The position numbers and the translations under genes are program-made. Source: an uncultured virus (IMG/VR IMGVR_UViG_3300025674_000018) (lineage: Duplodnaviria; Heunggongvirae; Uroviricota; Caudoviricetes; Kyanoviridae). Taken from it: a DNA stretch of 64,000 bases. The stretch lies in the IMG/VR virus record IMGVR_UViG_3300025674_000018; one strand, written 5' to 3'. Of this stretch, positions 27,802 to 38,629 are shown in pieces. How positions within the stretch are numbered: position 1 is the stretch's first letter; each line of letters begins with the position of its first letter. The notes beneath the pieces were generated by a model. The model searched no databases, was not told the origin of the DNA, and was given only the letters and a program-made list of their open reading frames with translations.

Positions 27802-29142
27802 GTGGCAACAAAGAGAATATCTCAACTTAGTGCGATTACTGATGCAGAGGTAACTGGAGAATCTATTCTTCCAGTGGTCATTTCTGACCCTCTGCAACCA
27901 AACCGCAAGGCAAAGGTTAATCAACTTCACAGAGGTGTGAGTGCAGGATCTGCTTCATCTCCTGGACTTTGTTTTGACCTTGACCGAGACACTGGTCTCT
28001 ATCAGTCTGCAGTTAATGAGATCGGTATTACTTTTGGTAGTGCAACTCTCTACAATAGTAGAATCGCTAACACTGACGGATCTTCAACTCTGAATGTCCA
28101 AGCAATTGACAGTGCTTCTGCTAACAGTAATGTGCAGATCACACCTCAGGGTAGTGGTTATTTCACTGTCCAAGGTGTCACACAACTGAAAGACGTTGAG
28201 TTTTATCTGACTGGTGACCAAAACCCTGCGAAGAGAGCATTCTTTAACGCAGATACAATTTCAGCACAATCTGGCACCAAGCGTTTTGATCTTCCTGACG
28301 TGGGAGCAAACACGTCCACAACGCTCGTTGCTAATGACACATTCCAAACTCTGACCAACAAAACAATCATTATCAAAGATAGTGAATTGTCTATCACTGG
28401 ATCCACATCAACTGATAAGGTCGCTAAACTGGAATGTGACGCTTGGGAATCTCCTGGCACTCACATCTATCGCTTGCCCGATTTCGGTGCTACAGTGACT
28501 CAATCGACACTGCTCGATGACATCACCGATCAGAATGTGTTTAACAAGAATATGGTTAACCCCACATTCTCCAACACACCTTCTGGTGATCCTGAGAATC
28601 CCACTGCTAGAGTTATCTTTGACTCTTCCAACCTAACTATTGATAGGCAGGTTGTTTTCCCCGACCTCAACGTTGAGGTTGTTGGCACTGAGTCTTCTCA
28701 AACTCTTAGCAACAAAATTTATCAGGGTGCAGTGTTTGCTGACACAGATCCTGCTTTGGGTATTGGTAGAAAGATTCAGTTTGATCTTTCCAACATTGAG
28801 GATAACCAAACATATGACTTTGGTTTCCCAAACAACGATCCAGCATTCCCCCTAAATACATCAGGCACCAGCATTCTGGTGACTGAGTTAAAAACTCAAA
28901 CTCTAGTCAATAAGACTGTTGAGAATTTCAAAATCAACAATCCACTTGACTTGAATGGTATCATCAATATCGATGCATCAAACATTGATAACTCAGTTAC
29001 CATTCAATTCCCCAACGCAGATGCTACGTTGTTGTCTACCAACAACATCTCTGACGTGGGTATTAGTTTCGGTGGTCCGATCTCGGCACCTGTCCTTGGC
29101 GGACGACTCAGACTTCAAGCATACTTTCAGTCAGGATGGTAA
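27802..29142 (+). CDS. Virion structural / tail-fibre protein
   Basis: Repeated QTLTNK-type motifs; late promoter upstream. Confidence 0.7.
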   Translation: MATKRISQLSAITDAEVTGESILPVVISDPLQPNRKAKVNQLHRGVSAGSASSPGLCFDLDRDTGLYQSAVNEIGITFGSATLYNSRIANTDGSSTLNVQAIDSASANSNVQITPQGSGYFTVQGVTQLKDVEFYLTGDQNPAKRAFFNADTISAQSGTKRFDLPDVGANTSTTLVANDTFQTLTNKTIIIKDSELSITGSTSTDKVAKLECDAWESPGTHIYRLPDFGATVTQSTLLDDITDQNVFNKNMVNPTFSNTPSGDPENPTARVIFDSSNLTIDRQVVFPDLNVEVVGTESSQTLSNKIYQGAVFADTDPALGIGRKIQFDLSNIEDNQTYDFGFPNNDPAFPLNTSGTSILVTELKTQTLVNKTVENFKINNPLDLNGIINIDASNIDNSVTIQFPNADATLLSTNNISDVGISFGGPISAPVLGGRLRLQAYFQSGW

Positions 29143-29149
29143 TTAAAAA

Positions 29150-31330
29150 ATGGTAGCAGGAAGACTCGCTGCTGTAAATCCAGCGGCAACTACAAATACT
29201 TTGCTCTATAGGGCAGCGATTGAAGACACTGCTTCCGCTGTCGTAAGCGTCTGTAATCAAGATGGATCTGCTGGCACCTTTAGAGTAGCATTGCGAGATT
29301 ACGATCAGGTTTTGCACCTAGACGGTCTCAACGTAAGTAACTATGCATTCGCAAAGGGCAACCCAGTCACATCTTATTACCTGGATTTGAATCCTGGTTT
29401 CCAAGATGCTTCTGCTATTCCTGGCACAAACATCACAACAACTGCTGGTGCTACTGCTACCCTGCTTGATGTATACAAACCCACAGAAGATGTTACTTTC
29501 TACACCAAGGTAGAAGAGATCATTCAGATCTCTTATGCTCAGGATAGTCTCTCTGGTTTGGAGGAAGACGGTGACACCATCACTGGCGATACTTCTGGTT
29601 TGGTTGCTAAGTTTAGAGGCGGTCTAGCAACTCAGGGATCTGGTGCTTATATCAACATTCCCGACGTTTCTAACTCTGCGACTTCTGTCCAAGTTGACCG
29701 CAATACTGGTCTTGCCGATGGTATGTATCTGACCATTGGAGACCCTCAGGAATCGACAAACACTGATGAAGTTATCAGTATTGATGCTTCTGGTATTAAC
29801 CTCACAACCAATACACTCACGGTGACTCGTGGTGCTCTTGGCACAACTGCTGCAGCAATTCCTGCTGGTCGTCTGTCTACTGCATGGTCTGCCTCTGCTA
29901 CTGTCAGCACAATCAACGAAGGTGCTACCTACGCTGCAGGTGATGCAACTCTGACAGTCACAGACTCTACTGGTTTCGTTACAGGTGGTTTCATCCTGGT
30001 TGATAACGAGATTATGGAGATTGTTGGTGTTGCTGGTAATGATCTGACTGTTACTCGTGGATCTTACGGCACGTCCGATGTTAACCACAACAACGGTCAA
30101 ACCGTAACTCTTCTGACAAACAATGGTCAGTATCTTCTCAACTTCTTTAGTGCAGATGAAGGTTTGACTTTCTCCAGCGGTGCTGCTGCTGTGATCTCCT
30201 TCAGTGCTACTGCCTCTCAGACTATCGACACTAAGTTTATTTTCTCTGAGACATCTACAGTTGCTGATGATCACATTTTCACCCAGACTCGCTCTTTGGA
30301 CGTAGATAGGACTTATATCTTCGACCAGGCACATGTGTCTAACACTGGGTATGATTTGAGATTCTCTGATGATGATCAAGAGGGTGCTAATGGCAGTGGC
30401 ACAGAATATACTATCGGTGTTACTAAGACTGGATCTGGTGGCACAAATGGTATCGTTGAGATTTCAATTACCGACCAGACTTCTAACCTGCTCAACATCT
30501 ATGCTGAGCAAACTGATGGTATCGGTTTGACTGCTAACGTCCAACTTCAACCAACTTACAGTAGAATCTACATCTACAACATTGGTGGGGAGTCACTCGC
30601 AGCTGCTGATACATTTACCATCGGTGGTGTTACTCAGACAATTCAGGCAAATGGTGTTAATCCTGGTGCTTACGGTTATGTCCATGAATGGGATCCTGCA
30701 GCAAACCATCTGAAGGTCTCTACGGACACTGGATCCCCCTCATTCTCTGTGGGTGATCAATTCTATGACTCCCCGACAAGAATTAACGGCACGAGATCTT
30801 TCGTTGAAGTTGTTGACGGTAAGATCCTCACCATCACCAATATTGGTGGAGCAGATGCTTCCCGCAGTGCTGGCACATACACTGTTTCTGGCACTTCCTC
30901 TGGTAGTGGCATTAACCAGTCCTTTGAAGTTGTTGTTGATGGATCTGGTGCGGCAACTGTAACCATCCTTAACGGTGGTAAGAATCACGTTGCTGCCGAT
31001 ACTATCACTATCCTGGATTCTCTGCTCGGTGGTGGTGGCGCTGCCGATCTGACCCTTGACGTTGCTACTATCTCCACGGGTCTTCAAGCAGATACGACTG
31101 ATGTTTATTCTGCTTCTGATTGGATGTATTATGATGAGGACCTTGCCGCCACAACAACAGCTAAGGTTTCTGGCGTTGTAGTTGGTCCTGGTCAAAATCT
31201 TTTGGTATATTCTAGTAATGCTAATACTTCTTTTGTGTTGAATGGTTTTGAGTCTTCGAGTGATGACTATGATGTGATCAACATGACTAAGGCAGCAGTT
31301 GATGACGGCGCTGGTGCTGCTGTCCCCTAA
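29150..31330 (+). CDS. Virion structural protein
   Basis: Thr/Gly-rich with LTVTRG repeats. Confidence 0.7.
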   Translation: MVAGRLAAVNPAATTNTLLYRAAIEDTASAVVSVCNQDGSAGTFRVALRDYDQVLHLDGLNVSNYAFAKGNPVTSYYLDLNPGFQDASAIPGTNITTTAGATATLLDVYKPTEDVTFYTKVEEIIQISYAQDSLSGLEEDGDTITGDTSGLVAKFRGGLATQGSGAYINIPDVSNSATSVQVDRNTGLADGMYLTIGDPQESTNTDEVISIDASGINLTTNTLTVTRGALGTTAAAIPAGRLSTAWSASATVSTINEGATYAAGDATLTVTDSTGFVTGGFILVDNEIMEIVGVAGNDLTVTRGSYGTSDVNHNNGQTVTLLTNNGQYLLNFFSADEGLTFSSGAAAVISFSATASQTIDTKFIFSETSTVADDHIFTQTRSLDVDRTYIFDQAHVSNTGYDLRFSDDDQEGANGSGTEYTIGVTKTGSGGTNGIVEISITDQTSNLLNIYAEQTDGIGLTANVQLQPTYSRIYIYNIGGESLAAADTFTIGGVTQTIQANGVNPGAYGYVHEWDPAANHLKVSTDTGSPSFSVGDQFYDSPTRINGTRSFVEVVDGKILTITNIGGADASRSAGTYTVSGTSSGSGINQSFEVVVDGSGAATVTILNGGKNHVAADTITILDSLLGGGGAADLTLDVATISTGLQADTTDVYSASDWMYYDEDLAATTTAKVSGVVVGPGQNLLVYSSNANTSFVLNGFESSSDDYDVINMTKAAVDDGAGAAVP

Positions 31331-31374
31331 CGTCAACTGATAACCTAAATAACCATATACAAGGATAACAAGTA

Positions 31375-34300
31375 ATGGCACTTACTCGTCTTAAGAATAT
31401 CATCACGTCTAGGACGGGACGTATTATCTACGTCAACCCTGATGACTTCGATGCATCGGACGCATATGATAACCGAGGTAACTCGGCATTGCGTCCGTTT
31501 AAGACGTTGCAGCGTGCCTTTCTTGAAGTCTCTAGATTTTCGTATCGAGTGGGTCTGTCAAACGACGAATTTGACGCCTTCTCGATTTATTTGTATCCAT
31601 CTGAATATGTAATCGACAACCGTCCTGGTCTTGCTGATTACAACCAGATTCAACCATTTAACGAAAATACTAACTTCGATATCACCTCTGCTTCCAACGA
31701 GTTATATAAATTTAACTCAGTTAGGGGTGGTGTTATCTGTCCTAGAGGTTGCTCCGTTGTTGGATCTGACCTAAGACGCACAAAAATTGTGCCTAAGTAT
31801 GTCCCATACCCAACAGTGCAGGGTAGTTTGGGCATTACTGCTGCCAATGAACCTGCATCTACATCCATCTTTAAGGTTACTGGTGCAACATACTTCTGGC
31901 AGTTTTCTTTCTTTGATGGTGACACTAACGGGGTCTACTACCGTGACGATTTGTCCCAAATTGCCCCAAATTTCTCACACCACAAACTAACTTGCTTCAC
32001 CTTCGCTAATACAGAAGATCTTAACCTGTATTACCAGAAGATCTCTAAAGCATACGCTACAATTCCTGACTCCTCTGGTATCATCTCTCAAGACCAATTG
32101 CAGGCGAGAGTTGAGGAAAACAGAATTGTGGGTCCGATTTCGGACGAATTTGCTGTTTCTCAGATTATTAGAAATGGTCAGACGGCAACGGCATTTACCG
32201 TTGATGAATTGGGTAACCCCAAGAATCACGGTTTCTCGGTGGGTGTGGCAGTTAATATTTCTGGCGTCACTGGTCCTACTGATCAGGATCAGTTACTATA
32301 TAACGGGTCATTCTTCGTAACCTCAGCACAAGGTAACCAATTTACCTATCAGATGTCATCTGAGCCTTCAGGTAATGCTATCGGTAGTAATATCCTGGTG
32401 AAGGTTGAGATTGATACAGTTGACTCTGCATCTCCATATGCATTCAACCTCTCACTTAGATCGGTGTGGGGTATCAATGGTATGCACGCTGATGGTGCTG
32501 AAGCAACTGGTTTCAAATCGATGGTGGTTGCACAGTTTACTGGCATTTCACTACAAAAAGATGACAGAGCATTCGTTGTATACAACCCAACGACTGAGCA
32601 ATATGAAGCACAAGCAGCAGGATCTGGTGCTCACATTAACGGTCTAGCGAAGTATCGCAAAGGATGGAGACACGCACACATTAAAGCATCGAATGACGCA
32701 TTCATTCAGGTTGTGTCTGTGTTTGCTGTGGGATTTGGTGATCACTTCTTCTCAGAGAGTGGTGGTGACCTTTCAATTACTAACTCCAACTCTAACTTTG
32801 GTAACACATCACTTAGATCTAAAGGATTTAAGTCAGCAGCATTCACCAAAGATAAAGCAGGACAATTCACACACGTTATTCCACCAAAATCTCTTGATGA
32901 TGTCGATGAGATCGCTATCAACTGGATCACGATTGACATTAACAAGACTCGTGCTGCAGCAGACCCAACAAAACTCTACTTGTATGGTTATTCTGTAGAG
33001 ACTGGTAGACCTCCCACAAAGATTCAGGGTTACACTATTGGTGCTAGGCAGGATGATGTCAACAGTCCTGATAAAATCTATGTGCAGTTGATTGCTTCTG
33101 GTGCAACCGAACCAACTGTACACTACGCAAACATTACACCCACTGGTCCTACAGTTACAGGCACCGCTGCTGGTGATGATGAATCACCTCTCAAGTGGGA
33201 CTCTGCTGTTGGTAACTGGTATATCCAAGTAGAAAGCACTGCTAATACCATTTACACCACACTGCAGTCCAATAGCATCTATCAGAATCTTGGATTCACA
33301 CCGACAACATTTATCCGTCGTGTGCCCGATGCTCGTAACTTGGTTGACAGAATCTATCGTTATCGTTATGTGCTGGACAAGGATGCATTCCCTGTGCCCA
33401 GAGTGCCCATCACGGGTTTCGTGATTCAACCGAGATCTTCTGAAACCAACTCTCCTGCATATACTAGGACATACTACATTTACGCTGTTGAAACATATCA
33501 AGTGTTTGAGCGTGGTGTTGCTGATGGTATCTATTATCTGACATTGTTGAATGCTTCGGTAACTCCGACCACAACCAACTTTGATGACTTTGAATTCTCT
33601 CAGCAAACTGTTGACCTTTATCCTGCATTTGACAGAGACAACCCTGTTGCAGACCCTGCAGCATCCATCTCTATTGCAGATAACGAGACTTTAGGTCTTG
33701 TGAAGACAACTGATGGAGCACAACCCACTCCCAATCTCAATACTCAGTTGTCTATTACTAAGGAGACAGCACAGTATTTCCTGCAAGAGAGTCAAAACAA
33801 CCTTGGTTATACCACTGCATCTAACGTGCTGAATGGTATCTCAGTTACTGCACGTCTGGGTGATGCTGAAGAGCGTAAGATTCCTCTGAAACTTAACTCT
33901 GATGGTAGTGTCCAACCCTTGCTCATTGAGTTGAGAAGATACTCCATTCTTAGAGCATCTGGTCACACGTTTGAATATCTTGGTTTCGGTCCTGGTAACT
34001 ACTCAACTGCATTCCCCTCTACACAGGTGGAAGTGTTGAGTCCTGAGCAAGTTAGATTGTCTCAGTCACTCAAAGAAGCAGCAGGTGTGGCATACTATTC
34101 TGGTGTTAACTCTGACGGTGAGTTGTTTGTTGGTAACCAAGTTATCAACCCAGTTACAGGTCAGATCACTAACGAAGATATTGCACAATTGAATGTGTTG
34201 GGTGAAGAAGACACAACCATTGAAACTTTCTCTGAGTTGGTGCTTACCGACAAACTGACTGTTATTGGTGGTGCATCTAACCAGTTGGAATCTGTATTCT

Positions 34301-34947
34301 CTGGTCCTGTAACCTTCCAGAAGAAGATTACATCACAGGATGAGATTCAGTCTCTAGAGTTTACATACTCTAACGATGATGGCACTGTTTTGAGGAAGAC
34401 CTTCCTTGCTGAGGAAGATAGTAATGGTCTTCCCGATCTTGAGACAGGTCTTGCCTTTAACACAGGCGACATGTGCTATAACATTGACTGGACCCCTGGT
34501 CAAGCACTGGGTTGGATTTATGACAACAACGTCTGGTATAAGTTTGGTCTCAGTGATACCACTGCTATCACATCTAATAGATATAGTGGTGTGACACATT
34601 ATGGTGTTGGTATTGCACCAGATGCAACAAATAGAATGAAGATTGGTGGTAACCTCCACGTTGAGGGCGATCTGGAAGTTACAGGTAAGTATGGTGCTGT
34701 AGATAAATACTCTTTGGCGACGGGTATTGCTAACGCTAACAATGGGACAACCTATGCAGGCGACGGTGCAACCTCAACATTTGCTATCTCTTCTGGTCAC
34801 AGTGCATATTCACTGCTTGTATTCTTGAATGGTGTTTGCCAAACGCCTGGAGTTGATTATCAAGTTGTCGGTAACTCTGTTGACTTCTCCATCGGCACAA
34901 TTCCTCAAACAGGGGATACTGTGCATGTTAGAGAATTGGTCATCTAA
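31375..34947 (+). CDS. Large tail-fibre/structural protein
   Basis: MALTRLKNII..IYVNP.DFDASD..RGNSALRPFKTLQRA N-terminus; VFLNGV.Q.PG.DY C-terminal module. Confidence 0.8.
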   Translation: MALTRLKNIITSRTGRIIYVNPDDFDASDAYDNRGNSALRPFKTLQRAFLEVSRFSYRVGLSNDEFDAFSIYLYPSEYVIDNRPGLADYNQIQPFNENTNFDITSASNELYKFNSVRGGVICPRGCSVVGSDLRRTKIVPKYVPYPTVQGSLGITAANEPASTSIFKVTGATYFWQFSFFDGDTNGVYYRDDLSQIAPNFSHHKLTCFTFANTEDLNLYYQKISKAYATIPDSSGIISQDQLQARVEENRIVGPISDEFAVSQIIRNGQTATAFTVDELGNPKNHGFSVGVAVNISGVTGPTDQDQLLYNGSFFVTSAQGNQFTYQMSSEPSGNAIGSNILVKVEIDTVDSASPYAFNLSLRSVWGINGMHADGAEATGFKSMVVAQFTGISLQKDDRAFVVYNPTTEQYEAQAAGSGAHINGLAKYRKGWRHAHIKASNDAFIQVVSVFAVGFGDHFFSESGGDLSITNSNSNFGNTSLRSKGFKSAAFTKDKAGQFTHVIPPKSLDDVDEIAINWITIDINKTRAAADPTKLYLYGYSVETGRPPTKIQGYTIGARQDDVNSPDKIYVQLIASGATEPTVHYANITPTGPTVTGTAAGDDESPLKWDSAVGNWYIQVESTANTIYTTLQSNSIYQNLGFTPTTFIRRVPDARNLVDRIYRYRYVLDKDAFPVPRVPITGFVIQPRSSETNSPAYTRTYYIYAVETYQVFERGVADGIYYLTLLNASVTPTTTNFDDFEFSQQTVDLYPAFDRDNPVADPAASISIADNETLGLVKTTDGAQPTPNLNTQLSITKETAQYFLQESQNNLGYTTASNVLNGISVTARLGDAEERKIPLKLNSDGSVQPLLIELRRYSILRASGHTFEYLGFGPGNYSTAFPSTQVEVLSPEQVRLSQSLKEAAGVAYYSGVNSDGELFVGNQVINPVTGQITNEDIAQLNVLGEEDTTIETFSELVLTDKLTVIGGASNQLESVFSGPVTFQKKITSQDEIQSLEFTYSNDDGTVLRKTFLAEEDSNGLPDLETGLAFNTGDMCYNIDWTPGQALGWIYDNNVWYKFGLSDTTAITSNRYSGVTHYGVGIAPDATNRMKIGGNLHVEGDLEVTGKYGAVDKYSLATGIANANNGTTYAGDGATSTFAISSGHSAYSLLVFLNGVCQTPGVDYQVVGNSVDFSIGTIPQTGDTVHVRELVI

Positions 34948-34970
34948 ATACTACTAGACTGAGGGTATAA

Positions 34971-35870
34971 ATGTCTACAAAAATCAACGGTAATCAGATT
35001 GATGCCGCTACCAGAGCAATTATCACAGCACTCTCGGTAACGGAACAGATCAATCTGCCCCCATTGACAGAGGTTGCCATTCAAGGTTTAGGCACTCCTG
35101 CTTACGGCACGATTGTCTATAATACCGATGAAGATATGGCACAGATATATCTTCAGGATGCCAAGGCAGGTGTGCCTGGGTGGGATGATGTCGGTGGCGG
35201 TGGTCCTTCAGTTGGTGAAGATTCGATTATCCGCACCAATGCCAACTTCATCAATGAGAATATTACCGTTGGTCCTATCGCCAATGGTGGTGAGGAGTTT
35301 AGAAACGGTTTTACTGCTGGACCTGTTGAAGTGCAGCAAGGTTTTACTGTAACCATCGAACCTAATGCCTCTTGGTTTATTGTTGGTGGTGAGGAAAATG
35401 ACCTTAGAGAGGGTGAAGTTGTCCAACTTCGTATGTCTATGACACCCCCTAATCGTTATCTGATCAACTCACAAGAGTTGTCACAGATTCCTGACCTAGA
35501 AGTCTCTATTGCCCCCACGCACACTAACTCTAAGATTGTGTTGTTGGCAATGGTCAATTCATCTGCTCGTCACGTCTGCTCATTTGGTTTCTTCCGTGAT
35601 GGTAATATCCTGACCACTGGTTTGAATGGCAACACCAATATCAGTAGTGGATCTGTTGCCACCACATATACTGGTTATGATGGTGACGACTACATGTATT
35701 GCAATAATCTTCAATATATGGATGTCCCAGGCACAACCAACTCGGTTACATATACTGTTGGTGCCTCTTCTTCTTGGAGTGGTGGTAATCGCAATCTTTA
35801 TATTAACGATAGAGCAGGTAATGATATGAGAGGCATCAGCACATTGATCGCTATGGAGGTTAGATCGTGA
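34971..35870 (+). CDS. Tail-fibre-associated protein
   Basis: SIIRTN..I.ENITV, GPV..; C-terminal VSIAPTHTNSKIVL...STLIAMEV domain. Confidence 0.65.
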   Translation: MSTKINGNQIDAATRAIITALSVTEQINLPPLTEVAIQGLGTPAYGTIVYNTDEDMAQIYLQDAKAGVPGWDDVGGGGPSVGEDSIIRTNANFINENITVGPIANGGEEFRNGFTAGPVEVQQGFTVTIEPNASWFIVGGEENDLREGEVVQLRMSMTPPNRYLINSQELSQIPDLEVSIAPTHTNSKIVLLAMVNSSARHVCSFGFFRDGNILTTGLNGNTNISSGSVATTYTGYDGDDYMYCNNLQYMDVPGTTNSVTYTVGASSSWSGGNRNLYINDRAGNDMRGISTLIAMEVRS

Positions 35871-36202
35871 TCGAGAATACTTGGAGAAAATTATTTGAGC
35901 GTCTTCGCTCAGGAAACGTTACACCTGATGATGAAGGTGTAATTACACAAGCAATTGCTAAGGTATATCCTGGGCGTGATTATGTCTTGGTGAATAGCAA
36001 TATCTTTGATATCAGATTTTCCGATGGAGAAGCATACTCTCCAGAAGTTATCATGGAAGCAATCAAAGACCTAGAATATACTCCTTCTGCTAATAGACCT
36101 AGCAACACTGCACTGTTGGATGCTCTCTTCCAAGACATAAAAGATGGCACGCTAAATACTAACGGAGCATTCTACAAGGCACTGGATCCTTACTTAGACT
36201 GA
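35867..36202 (+). CDS. Hypothetical protein (possible fibre chaperone)
   Basis: LDALFQDI...GAFYKA resembles the 39467 gene. Confidence 0.55.
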   Translation: MIENTWRKLFERLRSGNVTPDDEGVITQAIAKVYPGRDYVLVNSNIFDIRFSDGEAYSPEVIMEAIKDLEYTPSANRPSNTALLDALFQDIKDGTLNTNGAFYKALDPYLD

Positions 36203-36203
36203 T

Positions 36204-37013
36204 ATGGCACTACTTAGAGTTAATCAAATTCAAGACCCATCAGGATCTGTAGGTTTTACAGTTAGTAACTCCACAGTGAGTGTGAGTGGTACTTTGACCG
36301 TTAACGATCTAGTTGTCAATGGCACTATTACTGGGTCATCTTCTTATATTGTGCCATCTCAAGCAGGTCAAAGTGGTGCATTTTTAAGCACCGATGGCAC
36401 TAATCCTACCTGGTCACCATTGAGCACCAGAGCAGGAATCCGATCAATGCAGGTATTTACTGCTAATGGCACATGGACCAGACCATTTGGATGTAAAAAC
36501 ATCATGGTCACATGTGTTGGCGCAGGTGGGGGTGGGTCAGGTTACTGCGAAGCAGGCGGTGCTGGCGGCATGTCCCAACGACAGGTTGATGTTACTAACA
36601 TCGCATCTGTTTCCGTTACTGTTGGTTCTCCTGGTGGTGGTAACAACTATTCTGGTTGTGGTGGTAACGGAAACACTTCCTCTTTTGGATCTTATTGCAG
36701 TGCCTCTGGTGGTATTGGTGCTAACTGCTCTCAGCAGCACGCTGGAGGTTACGGTGGCAATGGATCTGGTGGAGCTCTAAATGTCCATGGTGGCGGTGGT
36801 AATGGTCACGGATCGCACCATAGTTATGGTAACTATGCTTCTGGCGTTAGTTATTATGGTGGTGGACAACCCGCAGGTCACAACCAAGTTAACTGGTCAC
36901 ACAGACACGAATTGCACGCTGCTTGGGGTGCTGGTGGTAACGGATCTCGCCATAGTAATAGAGGCGCTAGAGGTCGTGAAGGTATCGTGGTTATCCACGA
37001 ATACTGGGGTTAA
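36204..37013 (+). CDS. Glycine-rich tail adhesin-like protein, paralog A
   Basis: NGTWTRP, VGAGGGG, GNTSSFG, GIVVIHEY. Confidence 0.75.
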   Translation: MALLRVNQIQDPSGSVGFTVSNSTVSVSGTLTVNDLVVNGTITGSSSYIVPSQAGQSGAFLSTDGTNPTWSPLSTRAGIRSMQVFTANGTWTRPFGCKNIMVTCVGAGGGGSGYCEAGGAGGMSQRQVDVTNIASVSVTVGSPGGGNNYSGCGGNGNTSSFGSYCSASGGIGANCSQQHAGGYGGNGSGGALNVHGGGGNGHGSHHSYGNYASGVSYYGGGQPAGHNQVNWSHRHELHAAWGAGGNGSRHSNRGARGREGIVVIHEYWG

Positions 37014-37039
37014 TAAATAAATCTAGGATCTGAAACACC

Positions 37040-38629
37040 ATGAGTCTACTCAAAGTATCTTCAATTAGCGACCTCACCGATACAGGTGGTTTCCAACTTT
37101 CTAACGGTGGCATCACTGCAACGCTGCCTCTTGTGGTTGGTAACCTTATCCTGAATGGTGCTATTATCGGAGAGTCCAATCACATTATCCCCAAACAGGG
37201 TGGTAATGCAGGAAGACTTCTTCAAACAGATGGCACATCGATGGCGTGGGTTGATCAGGCAGGTGTGTCTGGTATTAGATCGATGCAGGTCTGGACAAGT
37301 AATGGCACCTGGAATAGACCTAACGATTGCACGTCAATCATGGTCACAGTTGTTGGCGCTGGCGGTGGTGGATCAGGATACTGTGAAGCAGGTGGTGCTG
37401 GTGGAATGGCACAAAGAGTTATTGATGTCAGCAATGTTACTTCAGTTAGTGTTACTGTTGGTAATCCTGGTGGTGGCAATAACTATGCTGGGTGTGGTGG
37501 TAACGGTAACACGTCATCTTTCGGATCCTATTGCAGTGGCGCTGGTGGAGGCGGATCTAATTGTATTCAGCAACACGAAGGTGGATTAGGGGGAGAAGGT
37601 ATTGGTGGTACACTAAACGTCTACGGTGGAGGCGGGAATGCACATGGTTCCCACCACAGTTATGGAAACCACGCTGGTGGCGCAAGTTACTACGGGGGAA
37701 GTCAACCGTCATCCCACAGACAAAGTAATTACTCCCACAGACATGAAGGTCACTCGGCATGGGGTGCTGGTGGTAACGGATCTCAGCATAGTAACCGTGG
37801 TGCCTCTGGTCGCCAAGGTGTTGTTGTGGTCCATGAGTATTATGGTAGACCATCTGCTGCTGATACCACTTACGGCACAACTGAAGCAACTGCTGCCCCT
37901 TCTGCTCAAGAAATTAAGAGAAGAAATCCTGGTGCATCTGATGGTGTTTACTGGATCGCCCTGGATGGTGGTCGCACCAGACAAATCTATTGCTTGATGG
38001 ATGATCGCTGGTTGGGTGGTGGTTGGATGATGGGTATGAAAGCGACCCGTGGCACCACATTCCAATGGGGAGCAAATTACTGGACAAGTGATAACGTCCT
38101 CAACGAAACTCAGTACAATACCAATGATGGTGATGCCAAATTTGAGGTCATGAATAGATTCGCTGCCAAGGACATTATGGCGATTTGGCCTGATATTGGC
38201 AGCGGAGGTTGCGTCCCTAGTAGTAATCGTGGTTGGACATGGTTTGAGACTGACTTCAACACAGGATATGGACGTGGTGGTAGAATCTATCCCATCAACT
38301 TCTGGAATGAGGTTGATAGATTCTACAAGACTAATGCCAATGAATTCTGTGGTATCAATAACTTCTCTGGTCAATCGCACGTTAGATTCTATGGTTTCAA
38401 CTATAGAAACAATGGTGGGTGGGCACGCACACGTTGGGGATTTGGATGGAATGAAAACGGTGGTGGATCAGGTGGTTATCCTGAAGCAGACATGAACTCT
38501 GACGACGTGTCAGGTGGTATTGGTATGAGTAGTAACTTCGGTAACTACAGTGCTGGTGATAGAATCAGTTGCTGCCAAAACCGCACTGGGATAAATAGAT
38601 CTGCAAGGGTGGAGTTGTATTTTAGATGA
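37040..38629 (+). CDS. Glycine-rich paralog B with C-terminal fibrinogen-like domain
   Basis: Same Gly-rich domain, then SAQEIK..DGVYWI..IYCLMD..GGGWM. Confidence 0.75.
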   Translation: MSLLKVSSISDLTDTGGFQLSNGGITATLPLVVGNLILNGAIIGESNHIIPKQGGNAGRLLQTDGTSMAWVDQAGVSGIRSMQVWTSNGTWNRPNDCTSIMVTVVGAGGGGSGYCEAGGAGGMAQRVIDVSNVTSVSVTVGNPGGGNNYAGCGGNGNTSSFGSYCSGAGGGGSNCIQQHEGGLGGEGIGGTLNVYGGGGNAHGSHHSYGNHAGGASYYGGSQPSSHRQSNYSHRHEGHSAWGAGGNGSQHSNRGASGRQGVVVVHEYYGRPSAADTTYGTTEATAAPSAQEIKRRNPGASDGVYWIALDGGRTRQIYCLMDDRWLGGGWMMGMKATRGTTFQWGANYWTSDNVLNETQYNTNDGDAKFEVMNRFAAKDIMAIWPDIGSGGCVPSSNRGWTWFETDFNTGYGRGGRIYPINFWNEVDRFYKTNANEFCGINNFSGQSHVRFYGFNYRNNGGWARTRWGFGWNENGGGSGGYPEADMNSDDVSGGIGMSSNFGNYSAGDRISCCQNRTGINRSARVELYFR